Position numbers and translations under genes: made by a program. From Camelus dromedarius (taxonomy: Eukaryota), in contig NC_087442.1 of NCBI RefSeq assembly GCF_036321535.1, forward strand, positions 42,904,001 through 42,968,000: a stretch of 64,000 nucleotides of DNA, read 5' to 3'. The notes beneath the pieces were generated by a model. That model did no database searches. It worked only from the letters and a program-made list of their open reading frames with translations, and was not told where the DNA came from. Numbering within the stretch: position 1 is the stretch's first letter; each line of letters begins with the position of its first letter. Shown one piece after another: positions 25,188 to 36,350 of the stretch.

Positions 25188-25318
25188 CTAACTGGTGCAA
25201 TTTTTGAAAGTATCTTTGGATATAGTTTCTTAATCAAACGTGATCATTTTCTTGACTGCTTGCTTATTGTCTGCCTCTCTCCTCCTCCCCCAAAAAAACT
25301 TCTTGAGGAAGGTCATTT

Positions 25319-25906
25319 GTTTATTTTTTTTCCCTTCCAGTTTTATTGAGATATAATTGACACAGCACCATGTAAATTTATGGTATATAGCATAAGGATT
25401 TGAATTATATATATCATGAAATGATTACCACAATAAGTTTTGTGAAGATCCATCACTAATACAGATGCAAAATAAAAGAAAAATGAAGAAAATTTTTTTT
25501 CTTGTAATGAGAACTCTTAGGATTTACTCTCTTAACTTTCATATATATCATATGGCGTGTAAACTGTATTTATCAAGACATACATTACATCCCTAGTACT
25601 TATTTATCTTATATTTGACTACCTTCATCCAGTTCTCCTGTCCCCCACCCCCTGCCTCTCTTAATCACAAATCTGATCTCTTTTTCTATGACTTTGTTTT
25701 TGAAGTATAATTGACCTACAATACTGTGTTAGTTCCGGGTGCACAGTATAGTGCTTTTATTGTTCTATACATTTCAAAATGAACACCATGATAAGTCTAG
25801 TTACCACCTGTCACCATACAAAGATATTACATAGGTTTTGACTATATTCCCCACAGTGTACATTTCATACTTGTGACTCATTTGTTTTGTAACGGGGAGT
25901 TTATAA
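25319..25906 (-). mobile_element. 5'-truncated L1 3' UTR with perfect TSD
   Basis: ttccagttttattgagatataattgac... start (the poly(A) end on the minus strand). Identical 14-bp TSD gaggaaggtcattt at 25305-25318 and 25907-25920. Confidence 0.88.
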
Positions 25907-26129
25907 GAGGAAGGTCATTTAGAATTGAGTCCTAAAGAGTGTGGTAGAGAAGGGATACCAGAACTTGTTGTGGAAAAGAAATTGAGAGACGGAGGGAGAG
26001 AGAGAGAGAACCTGGGAGCTCAGTGATCTGACAAGAGACAGTACCATTTTATCATGGAGGTGAGAGATTAACAGTAATAGCTTGGGGACAGATGTAACAA
26101 TAATTAGATCGCACTGGCTTTGTTGGGAA

Positions 26130-27540
26130 AGTCTTTTTTCCTCTTTCCTAAATTCTGAGGATATGAATATTAGATCAGTTATGATATGGATCGCTGAAGC
26201 CATGTTTTTTTTTTTTTCCAGTCTATTTTCCTCTCTGTTGTTGAGATTGGGTAATTTCTATTGTTCTAGCTTCCTGTTCACTGATTTTTAGCTCCATTCT
26301 GCTGTAGAGCTCATTCGTTGAGATTTGTTGTTGTTTTTTAATTTCAGTTATTACATTCTTCAATTCTAAAATTTCCATTTATTTCATTATATCTTCTATT
26401 TCTTTGCTGAGACTATTTTTTTCCATTTGTTTTAAGTGTGTTCTAATCATTCACTGAAACATTTTTCTGATGGCTGCTTCAACATGTTTGTCAGATAATT
26501 TTAACTTCTCTGTCAGTTTTGTATTGACTTTTTTTCCCCACTAGTTTGCAGTCTTCTTGGTTCTTGGTATGATGAGTGATTTCCAATTGAAACACGGATT
26601 TTGGGGTATTATAACACTCTGGATCTTATTTTAATCTCCTATTTTAGCTGGCTTTTTCTGACACTGCTCTGGCAAGGGGATGGAGGAGAGGCACCACTTC
26701 TGTTAATGCCAGGTGGGGACAGAAGTCAGGTTCCCCATTTTGCCTCTGTTGACACCAATGCGGTGGGTGGGGGTGGGAATTTCAACTCCCCAATCGGCTC
26801 CCACTGGTACTCCCCTAGCTGAGAGGGGTAGGAATGCTCCCCATGTAGCCTCCATGATACTATGGCAGGGAGGGGTGGCCTTCTTACCCCTGGGTAGTGG
26901 TGGAAGTCCAACCTCTCCATTAGGCCCCTCTGACTCCACCCTGGCCAAGAAAGAGAGGGGTGCCTCATTACTGTCAGGTAGGGCTGGAAGTCCAGGCTCC
27001 CTACGTGGTGTCCAATGACACCTTGGGGATAGGGGTGGGGAGCGTGTGTGTATGTGTGGATGGGTACTCATTACCATCCAGCAGTGGGAAAAGTCTTGTC
27101 TCTCTACTTGGCCTTCTCTGACACCACATAATGGGGTGGAGGTGTAGAGGGACTAGGGTGTTCAGACGTTGGGGTGTCTCATTATGGCCTTGAAGTGTGG
27201 AAGCCTTGATCCCTCACAAGGCCTTTGCAGGCTAGGGTGGAGGTGGGGCCACAGGTTTGTATTATGCAGTGTTTGTCTACAGTAGTGTGGTTATTTTCTA
27301 AAGGTTATCTGTCTTGCTAAGCTGCCTCTTTTTTGGTCTTTTGGCTAAAGAGAGCAGCCTTTTACTGGGACATTATTGTTTGTGCCTCTTGGCAATTTTA
27401 GATTTCTGGTTTTTGGTTCTTCAGTACCCGGTATGTGATATAAAAGGCTAAACAAAAACCCAAGAATTTACCTTTGTCTTCCTCTTTGGATCCTAAGGTC
27501 CTAGCTGGTATGCCTTCTTTTCTCCACCTTTCAGTCTTAC
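26130..27540 (-). mobile_element. Ancient L1 ORF1/5' UTR region (L1M3/L1M4/L1MB-like) with degenerate 5' UTR monomers
   Basis: ORF1-type T-rich block 26130-26600, then repeated g(t/c)ggaagtcc...ctctg(t/c)tgacacc units 26690-27260, and cctagctggtatgccttcttttctccacctttcag at the right end. Confidence 0.7.
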
Positions 27541-27700
27541 TGTTACGGAGCAAGGGTCATGTGCCTGCAGAGTGGAAAGCCAAACTCTGACAGTGGGTGT
27601 TTGCAGCAAAGTAAGGGTTTATTTGCACCATCCCAAGCAAGGAGAACAGGCAGTTCATGCTCAAAAGACCTGGGCTCCCCGATGGCTTTCAGGCAAATAT
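27541..27700 (-). mobile_element. ERV1-class LTR fragment (R/U5 end) with poly(A) signal
   Basis: Begins tgttac, i.e. ...GTAACA on the minus strand. Minus-strand AATAAA at 27618-27623. caagcaaggagaacaggcagttcatgctcaaaagacc motif. Shares tttgcagca-agg context with the 3048 LTR. Confidence 0.7.
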
Positions 27701-29805
27701 ATCTACTGCATCCTCCCAGAAGCAGAAGTCAAGAGCCTATGTTGCACTGAAACACAATTTCAAGAAAAACTATGTGGCAGAGACTTGGGGAGAAGTTGCA
27801 GTGCCTTTCCAACAAAGACATCAGTAAGGCAATCAAATAAAGCCAGCTGTGGCAGTAACTGCCTCTGCAATACAATAAGATCTGTGAGCACCTTCAAAGA
27901 GTAATAGTTACTTAAAAAAAATCATACTGCTTATGAGAAAACTTTTATGAAAATCTCAGAGCCTTAATTTATGAATCAGTACAGGAATTCTGGGAGGAGA
28001 CATTAAATTACATGATGTAAGGATATGGAGAAATTGAGACTTATACCCTGGTCCTACTTAAGCAAAAAGAATCAAACTTTCAATGCTGCTCACTCTTTTT
28101 TCAAAGCCATCACATCAGTTAAAAAAAAAAGCCAATAAAAAGACCTCATGTGCAGCTGTAGCTCTGCTTGCTCTCTTTTCTGAACTTCTCCTCTCCCCTT
28201 CCAGCCCTAGGGAAACACCGTTTGTAGAGGCAGACTTTCGTAAAGCAATACTAATTTTCAAGAAGAGAGCCCCATAAACAACCTAGAGAAACAAAAACAG
28301 TAGCTCCCAATAAAAATGACAAAAACCATCTGATTGGATATAAAAACCTCAAGAGGACTGGGATATGCACTTTAGGAGCTGTGAGATCAAATTGATATGT
28401 TGGCCTGTGTTGTAAATAGCTCTGCTATGTAGGGTGACAGCTGAAAGGCAGACTGGCATTTCAGTCATTAATTACACAAACCTGCAGGCTACATTTATTG
28501 GCTGCAGGACGTCTATTCCAGCTAAATCTTAAATAAACCAGGAAGAGAGGATCAGATAGGAAATGCTCCAGAAACCAGTAAATAGATTTGGGCAGGGACC
28601 CAGATCTAGGAGACTGTCCCAATAGCTGAAATAATTTTTTCTTCCCATTCTTCCTCCCTTCCTCCTTTTTGGTTGATGTGGAGTAGAGAGTTGGGGTGGA
28701 GAGACAGCCAAAGAAGGGAATTGTTTTTCTACCAGTTACCAATGGGAATCTTGCCCTCTGTACCAGTTTCTGGAAACATTGCTAGCATGCCCAGAACCCT
28801 GGGGGAGCCTGCTTGGAAATTATCCAATTCCTTTAGGTACTTTGAAATCCATGAGTGACTGGGCAGAGGTAAAAATGGTCAAAGTTAAATTTGTTGACTC
28901 TCCTACTTAGATTAAAAGGTTGGGTAAGAACCACCTAGGCAAATGAATAAATAAAATGAACTTATGGGGGTGGTGTACACCCAGGGGTTCCTATTGCCCT
29001 AGTCACTCCTCACTCTTTCCTCCAGTACTACCTTTCTGAAAAGGCCACAAGTCTTTCTTTCGTGTGCTCATGACACCCAATACAAAAGAGGTTAGTGGGG
29101 GAGGGGAAGCCCTGCAATTATGGCCAAAGGGCTGAGAGATTCAAATATGTACATCAAGCACAGGCAGAAGAATGAGCAAATCTCCTTCTCTCTGACAGAT
29201 AAACGTATACACTATTTTCTGCATGTTCACTTACCTTCATTTTTGCTTGTGAAACGGATGCAGAATTTTCAAACATTAGAAAAATATATATTGGGATAAA
29301 CAGTGCAAGTTCCTAGTAATTCTATCCTTCAAAGAGAACAGTGTTGTTTTTCTACTGTTTTTCAGATCTGTGGAGAAACTGCTGGGGTAAATAAAATCAA
29401 ATGGATTTGAAACAGTTACTACTGGTATTCATGGTAGATTTCTGTGACTGTTTCTCAATGAACAGACACTAAAAATACAAATGCTAACATTAGGAGACCC
29501 ACATCATTGAGGTTAAAAATGGATCCCTGTACTGGGAGACCGCGAATTTCTGCTGTTGCCTAAATACTGCTGCAGCTGCCACGAGTCAAAGTTATGTCCT
29601 TGCCTGCAACACGCGCAGTTACGACACTCCGAGGGGGCGGCTCTGGGGGGTCAGGTGCTCCAAGGAGGCGGTAGAGACAGCCACCGCCTCCCACACACCC
29701 TCTGCCTTTCCGTAAACAAGGAGACTCCAGCCCGCGGTCTGTAAGTGAGGGAGGGGCTTGAGGTGGGGCCAGGGTTCACGACGTGAGCGTCAGAAAAGGC
29801 CTCCT

Positions 29806-29849
29806 ATTGGTGGTTCGCGAAGGGCGGTGGAGAGAGGAATTCTGATTGG
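29806..29849 (-). promoter_or_regulatory. Pair of CCAAT boxes (NF-Y candidates)
   Basis: ATTGG at 29806-29810 (ctattggtgg) and 29845-29849 (ctgattggtc), 39 bp apart, ~230-270 bp upstream of the ATG. Motif match only. Confidence 0.6.
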
Positions 29850-29956
29850 TCTTCTTCCCTGTCCGTAAGGGGATTGACCGCCCAGGTCCCGCCGGGCCGC
29901 GCCTCTCCGCTCCGCGCTCCTCCCCTTGCGGGTAGGTGCCCGCCCCGAGCGGCAGG

Positions 29957-29970
29957 GCGCGTGCGCGTGC
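29957..29970. promoter_or_regulatory. NRF1-type site GCGCGTGCGC(GTGC)
   Basis: Matches GCGC(A/G)TGCGC. NRF1 sites are typical of nuclear genes for mitochondrial proteins. Motif match only. Confidence 0.6.
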
Positions 29971-30057
29971 GGCCCCACGCCGCAGTCGGGCCCGCCCGCC
30001 GCACCACGCACCCTAGCAGTCAGTGGGTGAGCCAAGTACCGCGGAGGTCACCGTGGG

Positions 30058-30072
30058 GAGGCGGGGCGGGGC
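30058..30072 (+). promoter_or_regulatory. Tandem Sp/KLF GC boxes (GAGGCGGGGCGGGGC) just before the ATG
   Basis: Direct sequence match to overlapping GGGGCGGGG elements. Confidence 0.55.
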
Positions 30073-30075
30073 AGC

Positions 30076-30166
30076 ATGGCAGCCTCCTTACGGCTCCGTG
30101 GAGCCGCCTCCGGCCTCCGATACTGGAGCCGCCGGCAGCAGCCGGCAGCGGCCAACCTTGCAGCGG
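30076..30166 (+). CDS. HIBADH: HIBADH coding exon 1 (mitochondrial transit peptide, MAASLRLRGAASGLRYWSRRQQPAAANLAA + first base of V31)
   Basis: ATG at 30076 in strong Kozak context (gcAgcATGG) inside a CpG island. The translation matches the known HIBADH N-terminus: Arg-rich, no acidic residues. 91 nt ending at G|GTAAGG donor, phase 1. Confidence 0.97.
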
Positions 30167-32607
30167 GTAAGGACCTCGCACTTTTTCTCCCCATCCCTCC
30201 TCCGGCCGCCGGCTTCCCGCGCCCAGACTGCCAGAGAGGTCCTCTCACCAGAGGCACTGCGGTTGGATCGGGGCTTTAACCCAGCATTTTGGCTGGTTCC
30301 AAGGCCTGGCCTCTTCTGCTGCTGCGGCTCGCGCTGCTAGTCTTCCCCTCACTCTCCCCACCCCAGATCCAGATGAATGGGGTTCAGCGTCGTTTCGGGA
30401 CTTAGGAAGCGGTGGGAAGAGCTTGGGGTAAAGGGAGGAGTATTTAGGTTCGAGCCGTGTTTCTTTGGAGTTAGGGTGTTGAGGACAACTGGAGGGCCCA
30501 GCCCCGGGGGCGACCCCTGGGCTTGCAGCGCTGGCTGACCTTTCAACGCCCCCAGGGCGCACCCACAGTGAGCGCGCCCTCCAGCCGCTGGGCCTGATTT
30601 CTGTTTAACTACCTTAATTGTTTCCGATGTTTTTACACACGTGGCATCCGTATACAACCCGGGTGATCAGTCTTTCCCGCAAAGTTTTAAGTCACCCTTG
30701 ACCGGCAGGGCGGGCTTCCCCAGCTTCTTCTCTGTAATTGTGCTACCTGATGATGGCACTTCTGTCAAATTATTAACCAGAATGCTTTCAACGTCCTGAA
30801 AATTGTGACCTGAACATATTTTGCCCCTCTCCCCGAATCCCCAAACCACTGTAAGTTATGGAGGTTAACCATTGATTTAGGAAAAGGCAATTTTTAGACC
30901 CACAGAGATCTAATAGTCTTTCATTTTTCAGATGAAGACCAGAAGCCCCTTGGATGAGTGAGTTAGGATATCACAACAGGATCTAGAAAGTAGTTCTTTA
31001 TTCTTCCTGATTCTTGCACTTTCGACCACAGCAGGATTCCTCTCTCATTGAAAAATTGGTTGATTTGTGGGTTCACTGCCATTGTTTCCCTGTAAAAAAA
31101 ATTTAGAGTTTTTACAATGCTGTGTTTTGCACGCTCATGTACTTGGGATTTTTGAAAAAGCCCTGGCATTATTTTTTTTCTGATCTTTACTTGAAAAAAA
31201 AAGTAGCGGGCTGGGAGTTGAATTCTTAACAGCCTCCCTTCCTCCCCCTCAGTAAAACCTAAGCAGAAGAGTGAATTTCCTTTCTGGCTTGAAAAGGGAA
31301 AGCTCCGTGTGATGCAAGAGAACAGATGTCTGATACAGAATCACAGTAATAAGATACAAACTCAGAGAATTTGCTCAACTTGAGTGTAACCACTGTTTGA
31401 GCTACATGTGTCGAACTACAAAAAAATGCCTCTCACATTGGAGATACTTTAAAAAAAAAAAGTCACTTTTCTGCGGTAGTAAATGTAGCACCAGTTTTCA
31501 CATCAATGCACAGTTCTTTCAGTTTTGATTAGTCAAGGAAGACATATGTGCTATTTAGTGGTTTTACAAGGTGTTCTAATGATATTTTAATGAACCCTTG
31601 AAGTACCTTTCAGAGTTATGGAAGTTCTTACAATTCATGGTAGAAGAGTCTGAGGCCTATGACTATAATAATTTCTTCTGTAGACTGGAAAGGCCTCCCT
31701 TGAAATGCTGGTAGATTTGTGACAAATTTTGGGTAGCTTTTTGTTTCTGATTTTGGTGATGATTGTTTAAAATACTTCAGTAATTGTTTTTACTCAGTGG
31801 AATTGTTTTAAATGTTTTTGTTAATTTTAATTTACAAGAGTGTTAACTTTTTTGATGTTGGAGTCTTAAAAAATTACATGCCAGTTTAGAGTCTACGGAC
31901 ATTAAGAAAAAGAACCATGTTCAAATAGTAACATTATTTAGTGTTCTGATTTCTGTGGAATGTTTCCCTCCATGGTACCTTTAAGATGTTTATATCACGT
32001 GGAAGGTAATATTGTAAAGACCCATACAGTTATTTACAGTTTGAAAAAAATGAGATCTAAAAGTTATTGGTTAATAGCATATCTTAATTTTAAAATACTT
32101 AAAGCATCAAAAAGGAAATAGAAAAATGAGAAATATTAAACTAGACATATATTACTATTTCATCACCATTTAATAAAAGTAAGTTTTGTGTTTTATCTTA
32201 ATGTAATTAAATTTAGCTTAAAACTTTTTTGTACGGGCAAAAAAATTACAGATGTTGACCCTCTACAGTCATTGTGATTCACTAACATATGTAAGGAAAA
32301 AGAATGTGTATCAGATCATCTTAAAGTGATCACCTGACCAAAAGTGGAGTGGGAAAATTAACCAGCATTATACACAGAAATGGGGATACATTTTTTTTTA
32401 TTGTTGGCTCTTTTTATGTATATGAAATCTACTTTCAAAATAGCACAACTCATTGCATAAATAAAATGTATAAAAAAATAGCTTTTTTTTTTTTTTTTCA
32501 CTTTACATTAGCTCTTAGGGTTGCATATGAAGCTCTGAAAAGTTGCACATGGCCCTGGGACCAAAAGTTGACTTTTAACTTGTGAAATTAATTACATAAG
32601 GAGAATA

Positions 32608-32806
32608 CAGTTGACCCTTGAACAACATGGGTTTGAACTGCACGGGTTCGCTTATACGTGGGTTTTTTTTTTCGATGAATATGTACTACAGTTGGTTTAA
32701 TCTGCAGATTTGGAACCATGGATATGGAGGGCCGACTATAAATTATACATGGATTTTGTGTGGAGCATCAGTGCCCCAAACCGACTCATTGTTCAAGGGT
32801 CAATTG
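32608..32806. mobile_element. Tigger2-type Tc1/mariner MITE, complete
   Basis: TIRs CAGTTGACCCTTGAACAA (32608-32625) and TTGTTCAAGGGTCAATTG (32789-32806), 17/18 complementary. TA duplications at 32606-32607 and 32807-32808. Confidence 0.92.
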
Positions 32807-33699
32807 TATTTACAAAATAACCTGACCCAAATAACAAAGGCCTTTATAGAGTAAGTTACTACCCTTAGTTTAGTAACTCTTAGTCTTGATGCAAAAAGAA
32901 TGCTTATGACATAGTATGTGATAAAGTTGGATAAAAAGTTGTATATATAGTATAGTCTAATAATACAATGAAAAAATGCATTCAGAAGACTAGAAGGGCT
33001 GTACAAAATGCTAATTGATTATTTTTGGGTAATGAGATTAACTTTTCCCTTGTGACTTCATACTTTTTTGTGTTTTCCAGTTTTCTACCATGAATTACTT
33101 TGATGAGAGAAAAAAATGTTTGGAAATGTAAGATAACCTATTACCAATTTTTGCATTTTGAAACTTAGGGTAGCCTGATTTTTGGTAGCGCTTCATGCTA
33201 TCAAGATATGGATAATTTTGCCCATGTCTCATTGGAGAAAGAGGTCATAATCTATAAATATGTATAAATTTAGAAATTAACTGTGCCAAATTTTCTGGCT
33301 AGTTTCTTTACCAGTCAGCCATTGTCACCTTTGTGTTGTGTTGACTGATTTTCTTCCAGCTTCGTTTTATCTGTGATCTGACTCTTATTTCCACACACAA
33401 ATGTGTGTGACTCTTTTATGGGAAGATGTAGTATTTAAGTTTGAAAGTTTGTGGGGTAATAATAATGCCATTATACTCTTGAATTTCTGCCCATTTGGGA
33501 ACAAATTCTTCTGTATTGTCCAAGCACTCCTGATGTGTCACCTTAACTAAAAACTGTATCCTCAGGTACAGGGCATCCCTCAAAGTATTCTCTATACTTT
33601 TTCCAACTCTCTGGCTCTTTTAACCTTGTAGGCAAAAAGGGGCATTTGGCATAGCTTGTATCCCAGTGGTTATTGTTAGTAAAAATAGGAAATCGTACT

Positions 33700-33915
33700 T
33701 ACTCTCAATTGCCAGGCTCTGTTTAATACTTCACATGTGTTGTCTCAAGTAGTACTTCCAATAACCTTCTGAACTAGTTACTCTTGTTGATAAAACTTAA
33801 TGTCTGCAGAAGTTAAGTAACTTGTTAGTTCAAGGGCATACATCTGAGAAGTGACCTCACCTGGGTAGGAACTTAGGCCTTCTAAACTCAGAGAACTTCT
33901 TAAATGTTATCACCA
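33700..33915 (-). mobile_element. MIR SINE remnant
   Basis: tgccaggctctgtt...cagaagttaagtaacttg...ggaacttaggccttctaaactcagag. Confidence 0.6.
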
Positions 33916-34849
33916 TCAGTAAATAACCTCTTCTCCTTTGACATCACATCATCTAATTATACTACCCTTTCTCTAACTTTACCACAAGCAAAGATGAAAT
34001 GAAGAGAACAGCTGAGCCCATCTTAAACGCTTCATTTTCATTTTGACCCATTTGGAATTGGGCCTCATTATTCTTGACCTCAACTTTAACAACTAACAGC
34101 AGCACTCTACTTCAGCTCTTCTAGGATCTCATCACTGGGAATTGCTGTACTGCCAGTATTTCAAAAACTGAACTGGCCTTCTGGTTGATATAACCCTCCT
34201 CTGATCCTTGTTCTGCTAACCAAATGGCTGTTTACCATCATTGCACCTTTGCATTTGAGCCCTGTCTTCACTCCACCCCCTACCCCCCATTTTATTAAGT
34301 TCCTCTCTAGGTTTGTCTGTATCCAGCTTCACAGTTACTTATGATCAGGAATTTTGATGATGCCTTTTTTTTTCCCCCTCAATCTCCTGCTCTTATTCTG
34401 GGTAACCTCCATTGTCTATGGTCTGTCTTCTTCCTCCTGGCTGCCACTTACATAGTGACTCACAGGAGTTTGCTCATTAGATATAATCTTTTCTTTAATC
34501 TCTAGCTCATTCCCTATTATATATTCAGATTTTTCAGAGCATTTCCAAATCTTTTACTTGGGGCTGCCGGTCCGAGAACTGTCATTTGCAGGGAGATGGC
34601 ATTACTATAATTGGTTTAGAAAGAATTTGGAACTTGATCCTGGATCTGGGAGGAAAGGATATTGAACAGTCAACCTGCAGTGTTTGTTTAATGGTTGCTG
34701 CAATACAAATTACCTTTGATAGATCCGCTTTATCACTATCTTTGGTCTTGCTTCAGTACTGACTTTTATCCCCCAAATGCCCATTTGATGAAACCTCTCT
34801 TGTCATTTATTCATATAACATTATTAAATGCTCACTGTGTGCCAATTTA

Positions 34850-35800
34850 TTTATTTCATTTCATTATAACAGTAGTTATAAAAGTTACATGCTCATGGTA
34901 AAAACATGGTAAAAAAAGGTTATAAAATAAAAAATAAGAGTCTTTTTTCTAACTCTAATAAATCAGTCCAACTTTCTAGCTGTATATACTGTTTCTTATG
35001 TACCTTACAGAAATTTGGAAAAACTTAATGCATATATATTCTTTTTTCTCCTCATACACTGTATGTTATTTTATATAATGCCCTGCATCTTGCTTTTTTT
35101 CACTTAATAAAATATCCTGGAGATTTTTTCCTTGTGCTTTTAGATAGATAGGTCACATTCTTCTGCACTTTGTGTAGTATTTCACTGTATTGATTTTCTA
35201 TGAATTATCAAGTGTCCTGTTAGTGTATATTTAGTTATTATGAATTAAGAGCCCTGTTAAGGTGTTTAGTTATTTACAATTTTTCTGTTGTTACAAACAG
35301 TGCTATAATAAAGTATATTTTGTGTTGTTCAGAGTTTATATATAGTAGCTGTTGGCAAACTGTGGCCCAGTAACTGGGCCCCTATTTTTGTAAGCAAAAT
35401 TGTATTGGAACATAAGCATAGCCATTTGTTTTTATATTGTCTGTGGCTGCTTTAGAACTAGAATAGATGAGTTGAATAGTTGTGCCTGAGGCCTCATGGC
35501 CCAAAGCTGAAATTATTTACTACCTCACCCTTTAAGAAGTGTGCTGACCCCTCACCTGTAGTATAAATTCCTAGAAATGAAATTACTGGGTCAAAGGGTA
35601 TGCATATTTTAAATTTAAACTTTATAGTAAAATTCAAATGTGTATCTTTTTTCAAATTGCCACCCAAACAGTTGACATAGTTATAATTCTACAGTGTATG
35701 AGAGTATATGTTTTTATCAGTCCTTCCTTGCCAGTTGTGAGTTTTATCAAAGAAACCCGTTTGTCCAGCTGATAGGTTAAAATGGTATTATGTTGCTTTG
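34850..35800 (-). mobile_element. Ancient L1ME-like 3' region, interrupted by MER58A
   Basis: ctgcatcttgcttttttttcacttaata, ttgttacaaacagtgctataat, aaattcctagaaatgaaattactgggtcaaagggtatgcatatttt. Confidence 0.75.
35346..35553. mobile_element. MER58A (hAT-Charlie MITE)
   Basis: ttggcaaactgtggccc...tttttgtaagcaaaattgtattggaaca...tattgtctgtggctgcttt...atggcccaaagctgaaattatttacta...gctgacccct. Confidence 0.85.
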
Positions 35801-35814
35801 TTGTTGTAGAAAGA

Positions 35815-36040
35815 GTGGAGGGCAGTTAAAAGTGAAGAACCTAGAGTCACATTGGCTGGATTTGAATCTTAGCTTTACAGCTTCGCAGTCTTGGGCATTT
35901 TATTTAAACTAACTTAAGTGTCAGGGATCTGAGCCTGAAGTTGGGCTTAACTATGGGATGTGGTGACACTGCTATTCATAAAGTGCTTCGTATAGTGTCC
36001 GGCATGTAGTAAAATTGCCACAAGTGTTAACTTTTATTAT
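35815..36040 (+). mobile_element. MIR SINE
   Basis: ctagagtcacattggctggatttgaatcttagct...taaagtgcttcgtatagtgtccggcatgtagtaa. Confidence 0.7.
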
Positions 36041-36229
36041 TCATGTTTTCTTGGTTTCCCTGTTTTTGCATATGCTCATGTGCATGCGCATTCCACTTTT
36101 ATATGCAGTTCCCTTTGTTCCTACCCATCCTAGAATACTCAGGTCAAATGCTACCTTTATCAGGTTCCCAAACCAGATGAGTTCTCCCTTTGTAGCAGCA
36201 TTGTTTTTCATGCTTTATCATTTACTTTC

Positions 36230-36350
36230 TTGTTTTAGTTTTCCTCTTGGATTTTAAGCTGCTTGAGAGGAAGGACTGTGTGTCATTTGTGTCTTCGGTG
36301 GCGTCTGCCATGATAGTTGTTCCATGTTTGTTGAATTTGTGAATGAATTA
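36230..36350 (+). mobile_element. L2 3' end
   Basis: ggattttaagctgcttgagaggaaggactgtg...atgtttgttgaatttgtgaatgaat. Confidence 0.6.

Larger units (their letters stand above)
29560..30720. promoter_or_regulatory. HIBADH: CpG-island promoter of HIBADH, TATA-less
   Basis: Abrupt rise in GC and CpG density relative to the AT-rich, CpG-poor flanks. It spans the start codon and the exon 1 donor and contains many GGGCGG boxes. Boundaries approximate. Confidence 0.92.

Noticed and set aside
26601-27077. Cluster of 73-124-aa ORFs
   Set aside because: They lie within the GC-rich fossil L1 5' UTR monomers.
26690-27260. Regularly recurring motif suggesting a CRISPR-like array
   Set aside because: The units are degenerate and unevenly spaced, the context is mammalian, and an L1 5' UTR monomer array explains them.
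28332-28344. ATTGG directly followed by TATAAAA (CCAAT/TATA-like)
   Set aside because: The spacing is far too short for a functional CCAAT-TATA promoter, it is 1.7 kb from the ATG, and nothing else supports it.
29790-30657. Several overlapping 60-105-aa ORFs on both strands
   Set aside because: GC-rich CpG islands lack stop codons by composition. Only the 30076 ATG frame splices into HIBADH.
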